In this document: piece by piece, positions 24,401 through 36,232 of the stretch
Numbering within the stretch: the first letter of the stretch is position 1
Layout: every line of letters starts with the position of its first letter
Translations under genes and position numbers: made by a program
Assembly: GCA_030390025.1 (NCBI GenBank)
Contig: JASTWF010000328.1
Span: forward strand, 310,001-374,000
Source: Squalus acanthias
Lineage: Eukaryota
Direction of reading: 5' to 3'
Length of the DNA: 64,000 nucleotides
Notes under the pieces: generated by a model
Told to the model about the DNA's origin: nothing
The model's database searches: none
The model's input: the letters and a program-made list of their open reading frames with translations, nothing else

Positions 24401-25000
24401 ACTAGTGTTTTTTCCCCTTATTATTCCTTATCTCCACCCAAACTGTTTCATTATCCTGATCTTTTGACCCAATATCATTTCTCTGTATCACAGTGATTCC
24501 TTCCTTTATTAACATAGCCACCCCACCTCCCCTTCCTTCCTGCCTGTCCTTCCTGATCGTTAAATAACCTGGTATGTTTAATTCCCAGGCACTGTCACCC
24601 TGCAGCCATGTTTCTGTAATGGCCACAAGATCATACCCATATGTAGTTATTTGTGCCATTAACTCGTCTATTTTGTTATGAATGCTACGTGCATTCAGAT
24701 AGAGAACTTTCAAATATGTTTTGTGACACTTAGTTCCTGCTTTTGCCCTTTTTATTACTTTACCTTTTACTCCATACCTTCTGCCCCTTCCTGACACACT
24801 GTGGTTTTTAATTTCCCCACTGCTACCTAAGTCTATGACCTTCTCTGTTGTCATTTTTATTATTTGCTCTCTAGGAACCTCCCCCCCTCTCCAACCTGTC
24901 CTTGTAGCTAAGATCCCCCATCCCCGGAACCATTCTGGTAAATCTCCTCTGCACCCTCTCAAGTGCCTTCAGATCCTTCCTAAAGTGTGGTGACCAGAAT
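21385..25000 (-). mobile_element. CR1 3' fragment split into 21385-21808 and 24888-25000 by a younger CR1
   Basis: AAATCCAGCTT|CTCCAACCTGTCC is contiguous in the sister copy at ~17403-17427. Confidence 0.9.
21809..24887 (-). mobile_element. Young CR1 with nearly complete ORF2 (APE endonuclease plus RT), few lesions
   Basis: ORFs 24402-24962 (YLNARS, ITETWL) and 22657-24402 (581 aa) are joined by a frameshift. An internal deletion lies near 22553. Octamer tail present. Confidence 0.95.
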
Positions 25001-25019
25001 TAGAAATTCTACTCTGTAT

Positions 25020-26683
25020 TCCAATATCCAGGTCATTTATATATATCAAAAAATGCAGTGGCCCCAGCACTGACCCTTGGGGAACACCACTATCTACCAT
25101 CCTTCAGTCTGAAAAACAGCCATTTACCACAACTCGCTGTTTTCTGTCCTTATGCCTCAATTTTGTTAACCAGCCTTCTATGTGTTGTCAGCCATGTTTG
25201 AGTCACCTTTCTTGTTTTATTTTTATGCCAGACAGGGATGAACAAATTCTGTAGTTCATCCATGCGATCTTTGAATGTTTGCCATTGCCTATCCACCGTC
25301 AACCCTTTGAGTAACATTCCCCAATCTATCCTACCCAACTCGCGCCTGATACCATCGTAGTTTCCTTTATTTAAATTCAGGACCCTAGTCTCTGAGTCAA
25401 CTATTTCATTCTCCATCTTAATGAAGAATTCTATCATATTATGCTCGCTCCGTCCCAAGGGGCCTCGCACAACAAGATTGCTAATTAATCCTTTCTCGTT
25501 ACATAATACCCAGTCTAAGATGGCCTGGTCTCCAGTTGGTTCCTCAACATATTGGTCCAGGAAACCATCCCGTATACACTCCAGGAATTCCTCCTCCACA
25601 GTATTGTTACTAATTTGGTTAGCCCAATCTATATGTAGATTAAAGTCATCCATGATAACTGCTGTGCCCTTATTGCATGCATCTCTAATTTCCCTTTTAA
25701 TGCCATCCCCAACCTCTGCATTACTGTTTGGGGGTCTGTATACCACTCCCACTAACGTTTTCTGCCCCTTGGTATTTCTCAGTTCTACCCATACGGATTC
25801 CACATCATCAGAGCTAATATCCTTCCTTACAATTGTGTTAATCCCCTCTTTAACCAGCAATGCTACCCCACCTCCTTTTCCTTTTTGCCTGTCTTTCCTG
25901 AAAATCGAATACCCCTGGATGTTGAATTCCCAGCCTTGGTCACCCTGGAGCCATGTCTCCGTAATCCCAATCATATCATATCCGTTTACCTCTATTAGCG
26001 CAGCTAATTCATCCACCTTATTACGAATGCTCCTCGCATTAAAACATAAAGCCTCCAGGCTTGTTTTTTTAACACTCTTAGACCGTTTAGAATTATTATT
26101 TACTGTGGCCATGTTTGATTTAAACTCTTGATTTCTCTGACTGTCACCTTTGCTTTTCTCCTTCCTGTGTTTTGCTTCTATCCTTGTTTCCCTTTCCCCT
26201 GTCTCCCTGCTCAGGTTCCGAACACCCTGCCATTTTAGTTTAAACCCTCCCCCAGAGCACTAGCAAACACTCCCCCTAGGACATCGGTCCCGGCCCTGCC
26301 CAGGTGCAAACCGTCCAGTTTGTACTGGTCCCACCTCCCCCAGAACCGGTTCCAATGTCCCAGGAATTTGAATCCCTCCCCCTTGCACCATTCCTCTAGC
26401 CACGTATTCATTTGAAATATCCTTCTATTTCTACTCTGACTAGCTCGTGGCACTGGTAGCAATCCTGAGATTACTACCTTTTGAGGTCCTATTTTTTAAT
26501 TTACCTCCTAACTCCCTATATTCAGCTTTTAGGACCTCATCCTGTTTTTTACCTATATCGTTGGTACCTATATGCACCACGACAACTGGCTGTTCACCCT
26601 CCCCCTCCAAAATGCTCTGTAGCCGCTCTGAGACATCCTTGACCCTTGCACCAGGGAGGCAACATACCATCCTGGAGTCTCAT
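25020..26683 (-). mobile_element. CR1 fragment: ORF1 esterase C-terminus plus ORF2 endonuclease, internally deleted
   Basis: CLPGARVKD, VHIGTNDI and DGLHL (SGNH-type); FNARSIRNK and ITETWLQG. Confidence 0.9.
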
Positions 26684-26804
26684 TTTCAACTGCCTTTAAC
26701 AGCTTTATTACCTAGGTCGCATTCCAAGGTATCTTTTAATCAGCGTTCAGCAGTTTGAGTGATTGATTGAGGAGGCAGCTTACACATGTTTACATTAAGA
26801 TTCG

Positions 26805-28797
26805 TAACCAATCCGTGAAGGTGCATGCGGGCCAAGATCCAATCAGGTGGCAGGAATGAATTGTGCATGAGCTGGCCATGCTTATTATAATGTATAAAAA
26901 TGTAGTGTTTGCTGTAACAATTTGGAGAAGTCTGGCTAAGACAGAGCAGACTGTCTCCCCACCGGTGTAATAAAGACAAGTTGATTATCGATCTGAAAAC
27001 CTTGTGTCGAGTGTTGGTTTAAAATACTCCACAACAATTGGTGTCACGAACAGGATCTCCGCACGGACGGGAGGGACGGGCGAGTGAGGCTGAGCCAAAA
27101 ACGCGAGTACTTTTAAATACCACGTACAGTTAGTGCAAGGCAATGCCCTCTCGTGTCCACCGCCCTCTTTGGAATCAAAGAACTAAAAGGTTTGATTCGA
27201 TAAGTCAAGCGGTCTTGGGGTTCGGGCGAAACGCGCGGAAGTATAGGGGTGGTATTGTTGCAAGTAGTGCAGAAAGTTTAAGCATACCTCTAACAACAAA
27301 TCGCCAGAACAAAATTGTTGCAAGTATGGTCTCTGTGAGAGTAAAGTAAGAGAGGTACCTCTGACAACTCCGGTTGCAAGTACCCTCTCACTCTGCGAGA
27401 GTAAAGTAAGGGACGTACCGCTGACAACAATTAACCATGGGAAGTGACAAACTCGAGTGGGGACCGGAGGGGTCTCGGACACGCTATTTAGCAGACAAAA
27501 ATATTTGATTAATTGACAAAATGGTTAAAAATGATTGGCAACCAAACGACCCAGCGACCCAGCAGTAAAACAAAGAGAGTGGTGGGCTAAAGAAACAAAA
27601 TTAAAGGAAGAAAAGGCCATCATTTTAGTGGCTCGCGCATATTATGAGTCGAGTAGACGTACTCGAATTTGGACCAAAAACGGGGCCAAAATTGTACCCG
27701 AGTACCAGTAATTTAAGAAAGGGAATAAGGAAAACATTCAAGTTTTATCGACACAGATGCTATCAGCTTCTGTCCAAAACAAGTAAAATCCAGGATTTGC
27801 TGAGTGAAAGGAATCTTAAAAGGAATGCTGGAATCTCAGTTTGCGTGAAAGTGTGTGTTAAAAGTGTGGAAGTTTTCTGTCTTTGAAAGAAAGTGTCTGT
27901 TGTGTTTGTTTTAGCTCCACCCACTCTTTTGTACAGAGAGCTAAAAGCTGTTTAACCCTTTGAAGACTTGTCTTGAATGATGGACAAGCGTGTGCTGTTT
28001 TAAGTTGTTAATTGTTTGACAAAATATAAACTTCAGCCTTGAAGTTACAGTTGCCAATGTGCCTGGAAGAAAATGAATTTGAATGTTTACAAGGCATGCT
28101 TATACATGTGGTTTAACTTGGGCAAGGGCCAAGTACCAAAAGGGAGGATTACAGTGGGGAAAGAGTTAAACTGACATCGCTGGCAGTTTCACTGAATGCT
28201 GTAATAAAGACAGTAATCTAATAGGTCGTTGCAGTAGTAAGCTTTTTCTAAGATGCTGAACTGGCAGTTGAGATAACCTAAGAATGACATGTCGATTTTG
28301 AATGACTGATGACTGCAAACTGTATTACGTGGAACCATAAGAGGCCTAGAGGACGTAAGTTCTGTTGTGACAGGAAAGTGAAACAATGAGTTGGAAGTAA
28401 AGAGGCCCAGAGAGACAGGAAAGCAGGACAATGAGTCAGAAGTACAATGTTGGTGAGACCACATCTGGCATAAACAAAGGTCATAGGTGCAACAACAGCT
28501 TGTGGGATAATGGACATATACTTTTCCGATAATAAAGGTGGTACTTTAATGTAACGCGGCATAGGCAACTAATCCATGAAGATGCATGCGGGCCAAGGTC
28601 CAATCAGGTGGCAGGAATGAATTTTGAATGGGCTCGACATGTGTATTGTAATTTATAAAAATGTAGTGTTTGCTGTAACAATTTGGAGAAGTCTGGCTAA
28701 GACAGAGTAGGCTGTCTCCCCACCAGTGTAATAAAGATGACTTGATTATCGATCCGAAAACCTTGTGTCGAGTGTTGGTTTAAAATACTCCACAACA
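26805..28797 (+). mobile_element. Short two-LTR ERV-like element (non-autonomous, internally deleted)
   Basis: Direct repeats 26805-27036 and 28566-28797 (21 mismatches in 232 nt by hand), each with TATAAAA, AATAAA and terminal CAACA. PBS at 27039-27056; candidate PPT AAAAGGGAGGA at ~28138-28148. Confidence 0.85.
27039..27056 (+). promoter_or_regulatory. Primer-binding site, tRNA-Ser(CGA)-like
   Basis: TGGTGTCACGAACAGGAT lies 2 nt after the LTR end. It matches 17/18 to the complement of the vertebrate tRNA-Ser(CGA) 3' end as I recall it (TGGCGTCACGAACAGGAT). Confidence 0.75.
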
Positions 28798-28819
28798 GAG
28801 ATTTACTCTGTATCTAACT

Positions 28820-29155
28820 TATGATGTTCCCAATAGCGGGGGAGTCCAGAATCAGGGGTCACAGCCTAAGGATAAGGGGTAAGCCATTTAGGACTGAGAT
28901 GAGGAGGAATTTCTTCACCCAGAGAGTGGTGAACCTGTGGAATTCTCTACCACAGAAGGCAGTTGAGGCCAATTCATTAAATATATTCAAGAAGGAGTTA
29001 GATATATTTCTTAAGGCTAAAGGGATCAAGGGATATGGGGAGAAAGCAGGGACAGGGTACTGAATTTGGATGATCAGCCATGATCTCATTAAATGGCGGA
29101 ACAGGCTTGAGGTGCCGAATGGCCTACTCCTGCTCCTATCTTCTATGTTTCTATG
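28820..29155 (+). mobile_element. CR1 3'-end fragment
   Basis: RGHSLRIRG..FRTEMRRNFFTQRVV; TTCTATG tail. Confidence 0.9.
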
Positions 29156-31052
29156 ACCAGGCCAGAATGAAATCAATAGGGTTTAATACAACAACAGCAG
29201 GTAATAAGACAGCAGACAACATCTCACACAAACACCAGCTATTGCCCCCTCTCTCTCTCACACACACACAGCCTGGCCAGCCTGCAGAGGGATGATTGCC
29301 GTGTTGGAAGATTAAAACCAAAAAGACACTTTTCAGTATCTTATCTTTTCACTTTGTGACCTACAGAAACAGGCTTTCTATTCTGCAACGTGCCTTTTGA
29401 TTTCATGTCTCTCTCGCTCTCACTGACTCTCTGTCTATCTGCCATTCACAGTCTCCCTCCCACCCACATTGAACTAAAATTTACAGTAACATGACACACA
29501 CATTCACACAGACTCTGCAATTTGCAGACACACTCACACAAACTCTGCAATTTGCAGAAACTCACACTCACACATCCATTTTGAAAGGGGTGCAGCCTGG
29601 GAGTGTCAATTTTTGATGATGTCCCTTCCTGGCTGTGTGACCATGTTTGATGAGGACAATCCAACAGGAAGAAGTGAAGCCGAGGCCCCAGAAATCCGGG
29701 TCCCCGAGAGGAAGTGAAAGCCCGGAGGGCGAAAAGAAGTAAATACAATCAGGAATAAATAATATATATAATTTACTTGTGTTAACTAAATGTCTGCCTG
29801 TCTGTGGTTTGCCTGGAGTGTAATAACATGAATGGAAAGATCGCACAGCATCTTTTGCTCTGAAAACATCCCAAGCACATTCTCCAATAAAGCCAAGTTC
29901 AGAAAAAAATCAAATGGATTATTCTGAAAAATAATTTTAAAAATATAATATACTTTTTTTTAAACAAATGTCTTGTCTTGTTTGGGTTGGGCTGAAGAGG
30001 AGAGTAAGATCCCACAGCAGGATGTGCCATGAAACACTTCACAAACATTCCCCTATAAAGTCCAGTCCAGTAAAATATCAAATGGCTTGATGTATATATG
30101 TAGATTTGCTTTTTCCAAAATCTTGTAAGAAAGGAAAGTAAGATCCCACCACAGTGCAGTCTGGAATTAAATCAATATGATCTAATGGAGTATGCTTTCT
30201 GTTTTTTTCAGACATGAGATGCAATACCAATGCACACGGCAGATAACTTGAACACAGACAAGCCCTGCATCCACACCAGCTTTTACTGTCTGTCTGTCTG
30301 TCTCTCACACTCACACACACACACACACACACACAGGCCAGCCTGCAAATTTCCACAAAACACTGTCAGCAATGAAAGAAAGTTGATTTCTTCAATTGCT
30401 CTGCTCTGTTTGGCAGTTTAAAAGCAAACAGACAGTTTTCAGAATTTTATCTTTTCGGTTTGCGGCCTACAGAAACAGGCTTTCTATTCTGCATAACAGC
30501 AAATCCTGTGGATGTGGGAAATCTGAAATCAAAACAGAAAATGCCAGAAATACTCAGCTGGTAAGGCAGCATCTATGGAGAGAGAGAGAAACAGCGTTAA
30601 TGTTTCAGCTCGATTACATCTTGTCAGATTCTGGCAAGGTTCTGACGAAAGGTCATCGAGCTGAAACATTTACTCTGTTTCTCTGTATCTCCACTGATGC
30701 TGCCTAACATACTGAGTATTTCCAGCATTTTCTGTTTTTATTTCTATTTTGCATGTTGTCTTGATTTCATGTGTCTCTTTCACTGCCTGCCTGTCTTGTC
30801 TTGATTTGAGTAGTGTGAAGAATGCAAAAATCCCAGACAGCTTTTATTGTCAGACAGTCCAAAAAGACATTTTTCAGTATCTCACTGACTGACTGTCTGT
30901 CTTGAAGTGAAGTGAAATGAAATAAAGTGCAATAAAGTGATACACAACAGCATTACATGTGGACCAGGCCAGAATGAAATCAATAGGGTTTAATACAACA
31001 ACAGCAGGTAATAAGACAGCAGACAACATCTCACACAAACACCAGCTTTTGC

Positions 31053-31084
<32 letters not shown>

Positions 31085-32201
31085 TCACAGCCTGGCCAGC
31101 CTGCAGCAGGGATGACTGCCGTGTTGGAAGATTAAAACCAAAAAGACACTTTTCAGTATCTTATCTTTTCACTTTGTGGCCTACAGAAACAGGCTTTCTA
31201 TTCTGCAACTTGCCTTTTGACTTCATGTCTCTCTCGCTCTCACTGACTGTCTGTCTGACTGCAATTCATACAGTCTCCCTCCCACCCAAATTGAACTAAA
31301 AGTTACAGTACCATGACACACCCTCAAACAGACTCTGAAATTTGCAGAATCAGACACCCACGCACACTGACACACTCACATACAGACACACTCACACAGA
31401 CTCTGCAACTTGCAGACACACAGACACCCACTCACAAACTCTGCATTTTACAGAAACTCACCCTCACACACACACATCCATTTTGAAAGAGGTGCAGCCT
31501 GGGAATGTCAATTTTTGATGATGTCCCTTCCTGGCTGTGCGTCCATGTTTGATGAGGTGAATCCAACAGGAAGAAGTGAAGCCAAGGCCCAGAAATCCGG
31601 GTCCCCGAGAGGAAATGAAAGCCCGGAGGGTGAAAAGAAGTAAATATAATAAGGAATAAATAATAATATATATACTTTACTTGTGTTAACTAAATGTCTG
31701 CCTGTCTGTGGTTTGCCTGGATTGTAATAAAATGAATGGAAAGATCCCACAGCAGGTTTTGCTCTGAAAACATCCCAAGCACAACCCCCAATAAAGCCCA
31801 GTCCAGAAAAAAATCAAATGGATTATTCTGAAAATAATTTTAAAAATATAATATATACTTTTTTTTTTAAACAAATGTCTTGTCTTGTTTGGGTTGGGCT
31901 GAAGGGGAAAATAAGATCCCACAGCAGGATGTGCCATGAAACACTTCACAAACATTCCCCAATAAAGTCCAGTCCGGAGAAATATCAAATGGCTTAATGT
32001 ATATATGTAGATTTGCTTTTTACAAAATTCTTGAAAGAAAGGCAAAGTAAGATCCCGCAACAGTGCAGTCTGGAATGAAATCAGTATGATCAAATGGAGT
32101 AAACTTTCTGTTTTTTTCAGACATGAGATGCAATACCAATGAACACGGCAGATAACTTGAACACAGACAAGCCCTGCATACACACCAGCTTTTGCTGTCT
32201 G

Positions 32202-32245
<44 letters not shown>

Positions 32246-33810
32246 AGGCCAGCCTGCAAAATTGCCAGAAATCATTGTCAGCAATTACTGTCAGCAATGA
32301 TAAAATGTTGATTTCTATCATAGCTCTGCTCTGTTTGGCAGTTTAAAAGCAAACAGAGAGTTTTCAGTATTTTATCTTTTCATTTTGCGGCCTACAGAAA
32401 CAGGCTTTCTATTCTGCATCAAAAGCAAATGCTGGTGAATTTAGGAAATCTGAAATAAAATTGAGAGAAACAGAGTTAATGTTTCAGCTCGATTACCTTT
32501 TGTCAGATTCTGGCAAGGTTCTGACGAAAGGTCATCGAGCTGAATCATTTACTCTGTTTCTCTGTATCTTCACTGATGCTGCCTAACCTACTGAGTATTT
32601 CCAGCATTTTCTGTTTTTATTTCTATTCCGCATGTTGTCTTGATTTCATGTGTCTCTCTCACTGCCTGTCCACCTTGTCTTGATTTGAGTAGTGTGGAAT
32701 AAAAAGAATGCAAAGATCCCAGAGCAGCTTTTATTGTCAGACAGTCCAAAATTACATTTTTCAGTATCTCACTGACTGTCTTGAAGTGAAGTGAAATAAA
32801 GTGCAATGAAGTGATACACAACAGCATTACATGTGGACCAGGCCAGAATGAAATCAATAGGGTTTAATACAACAACAGCAGGTAATAAGACAGCAGACCA
32901 CATCTCACACAAACCCCAGCTTTTGCCCTCTCTCTCTCACACACACACACTCATAGCCTGGCCAGCCTGCAGAGGGATGACTGCCGTGTTGGAAGATTAA
33001 AACTAAAAAGACCCTTTTCAGTATCTTATCTTTTCACTTTGTGACCTACAGAAACAGGCTTTCTATTCTGCAACGTGCCTTTTGATTTCATGTCTCTCTC
33101 GCTCTCACTGACGTCTGTCGGTCTCTCACTCACACAGACACCCTCCCACCCACATTGAACTAAAATTTACAGTAACATGACACACACTCACACAAACTCT
33201 GCAATTTTCAGAAACACAGACATACACACACATACAGACACACTCACACAGACTCCACAATTTGCAGAAACTCACACTCACACATCCATTTTGAAAGATG
33301 TGGAGCCTGGGAGTGTCTATTTTTGATGATGGTCCCTTCCTGGCTGTGCGTCCATGTTTGATGAGGACAATCCAACAGGAAGAAGTGAAGCCGAGGCACC
33401 AGAAATCCGGGTCCCCGAGAGGAAATGAAAGCCCGGGAGGGTGAAAAGAAGTAAATACAATCAGGAATAAATAATAATATATATACTTTACTTCTGGTAA
33501 TTAAATGTCTGCCTGTCCGTGGTTTGCCTGGAGTGTAATAAAATGAATGGAAAGATCGCACAGCAGCTTTTGCTCTGAAAACATCCCAAGCACATTCCCC
33601 AATAAAGCCCAGTCCAGAAAAAAATCAAATGGATTATTCTGAAAATAATTTAAAAAAAATATATACTTATTTTTAAACAAATGTCTTGTCTTGTTTGGGT
33701 TGGGCTAAAGGGGGGAGAGTAAGATCCCACAGCAGGATGTGCCATGAAACACTTCACAAACATTCCCCTATAAATTCCAGTCCAGAGAATTATCATCAAA
33801 TGGCTTGATG
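29155..33810 (-). repeat. ~1.8-kb tandem satellite, right array (~2.5 units), inverted relative to 1-3875
   Basis: GACCAGGCCAGAATGAAATC recurs at 29155, 30962 and 32836 (periods 1807 and 1874). It is the reverse complement of the left-array unit. Confidence 0.95.
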
Positions 33811-33816
33811 CATTTA

Positions 33817-36232
33817 TAGCCTCGATGAGGAGTTCATGGAATGTTTTCCAGATAATTTCTTACAACATCATGTTCTGGAGCCAAACAGAGAGCAGGCTAT
33901 ACTGGACCTGGTATTGTGCAACGAGATAAGTTTAATTAATGCCTTCATAGTGAAGGCGCCCCTGGGTAGCAGCGATCATAATATGATTGAATTTTACATT
34001 CAGTTTTAGAGAGAGGAGTGGGTCCAAGACTAGTATTTTAAACTTAAATAAGGGCAATTATGAGGGCATGAAAGCAGAGCTAGCTAAAGTGAACTGGCAA
34101 ATTAGGTTAAGGGATAGGTCAATAGAGTTGCAGTGGCAGACATTTAAGGGGATATTTCAAAATACACAGAATATATACATTCCAACAAGAAAGAAAAATT
34201 CCAAGGGGAGGACCCACGATCAGTGGTTAACTAAAAAAGTTAAAGATAGTATCAAACTTAAAGAAAAAGCATATAATTGTGCAAAGATGGCTGGCAGGTC
34301 AGAAGATTGGACAGAATATAAAAAACAGCAAAGAATGACTAAAAGATTAATAAGGAGAGAAAAATTAGAGTACGAGAGAAAGCTAGCTAGAAATATAAAA
34401 ACAGATAGTAAGAGTTTCTATAGATATTTTTTAAAAGAAAAGAGTTAACAAAGTGAGCGTTGGTCCTATAGAAAGTGAGTCTGGGGAATTAATAATGGAA
34501 AGTAAGGAGATGGCAGTTGAATTGAACAGATATTTTGCTTCGGTCTTCACTATAGAGGACACAAGTAACATCCCAGAAATAGCTGTAAATCAGGAAATGG
34601 AAGGGAGGGAGGAACTCAAGAAAATTACAATCACCAGGGAAGTGGTACTGAGAAAATTGTTGGAGCTGCGGGCTGACAAGTCCCCGGGTCCTGATGGACT
34701 TCATCCCAGGGTCTTAAAAGAAGTGGCTAGTGAGATAGTTGATGCGTTGGTTTTAATTTTCCAAAATTCCCTAGATTCGGGGAAGGTTCCATTAGATTGG
34801 AAAATAGCGAATGTAACACCTTTATTCAAAAAGGGAGGGAGACAGAAAGCAGGAAACTACAGGCCAGTTAGCTTAACATCTGTCATAGGGAAGATGTTCG
34901 AAGCTATTATTAAAGACGTTATAGCAGGGTACTTAGAAAAGTTCAAAGTGATCGGGCAGAGTCAAAATGGTTTTGTGAAATGGAAATCATGTTTAACCAA
35001 TTTATTGGAGTTCTTTGAGGAAGTAACATGTGCTGTGGATAAAGGGGAACCGGTGGATGTACGTACTTAGATTTCCAGAAGGCATTTGATAAGGTGCCAC
35101 ATCAAAGGTTATTGTGGAAAATAAAATCTAATGGTGTAGGGGGTAACATATTGGCATGGATAGAAGATTGGCTAGCTAACAGGAAACAGTAGGCATAAAT
35201 GGGTCATTTTCTTATTGGCAAGATATAACGAGTGGTGTGCCACAGGGATCAGTGCTGGGGCCTCAACTTTTTACAATTTATATAAATGACTTGGATGAGG
35301 GGACCGAAGGTATGGTTGCTAAATTTGCTGATGACAAAGATAGGTAGGAAAGTAAATTTGTGAAGAGGACATAAGGAGGCTACAAAGGGATATAGATAGG
35401 TTAAGTGAGTGGGCAAAGATCTAACAAATTGAGTATAATGTGGGAAAATGTGAAGTTGTCCATTTTGGCAGGAAGAATAAAAAAGAAGCATATTATCTAA
35501 ATGGTGAGAGATTGCAGAGCTCTGAGATGCAGAGGGATCTGGGTGTCCTAGTGCATGAATTGCAAAAGGTTACTGTGCAGATACAGCAAGTAATTAGGAA
35601 AGCTAATAGAATGTTATCGTTTATTGCGAGGGGAATTGAATACAAAAGTAGGGAGGTTATGCTTCAGTTATACAGGGCATTGGTGAGACCACATCTGGAG
35701 TACTGTGTACAGTATTGGTCTCCTTATTTAAGGAAGGATGTAAATGCGTTGGAAGCAGTTCAGAGAAGGTTTACTAGACTAATACCTGGAATGGGCGGGT
35801 TGTCTTATGAGGAAAGGTTGGACAGGCTAGGCTTGTATCCGCTGGAGTTTAGAAGAGTAAGCGGTGACTTGATTGAAACATGTAAGATCCTGAGGGGTCT
35901 GGACAGGGTGGATGTGGAGAGGATGTTTCCTCTTGTGGGAGAATCTAGAACTAGGGGTCACTGTTTAAAAATAAGGGGTCGCCCATTTAAGACCGAGATG
36001 AGGAGAAATTTTTTCTCACAGAGGGTCGTGAGTCTTTGGAACTCTCTTCCTCAGAGGGCAGTGGAAGCAGAGTCTTTGAATATTTTTAAGGCAGAGGTCG
36101 ATAGATTCTTGATAAGCAAGGGGGTGAAAGGTTATCGGGGGTAGGCGGGAATGTGGAGTAATCAGATCAGCCATGATCTTATTGAATGGCGGAGCAGGCT
36201 CGAGTGGCCGACTCCTGCTCCTAATTCGTATA
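33817..36232 (+). mobile_element. 5'-truncated CR1 ORF2 with frameshifts
   Basis: ORFs 33987-34448, 34453-35070 and 35440-36144 carry CR1 linker/RT motifs, followed by the 3' hairpin. Confidence 0.95.

Noticed and set aside
21809..24962. Active autonomous CR1
   Set aside because: Frameshift at ~24402, premature stop at 22657, internal deletion and no ORF1.
12397..25421. Antisense ORFs over ZF arrays and CR1 ORF2 (e.g. 12397-13038, 20412-20849, 23402-23644)
   Set aside because: They are shadow frames of the opposite-strand coding repeats.
1..33810. Giant DNA transposon with the satellite arrays as TIRs
   Set aside because: Arm ends are at different unit phases, no TSD can be checked, and no transposase, integrase or polymerase lies inside.
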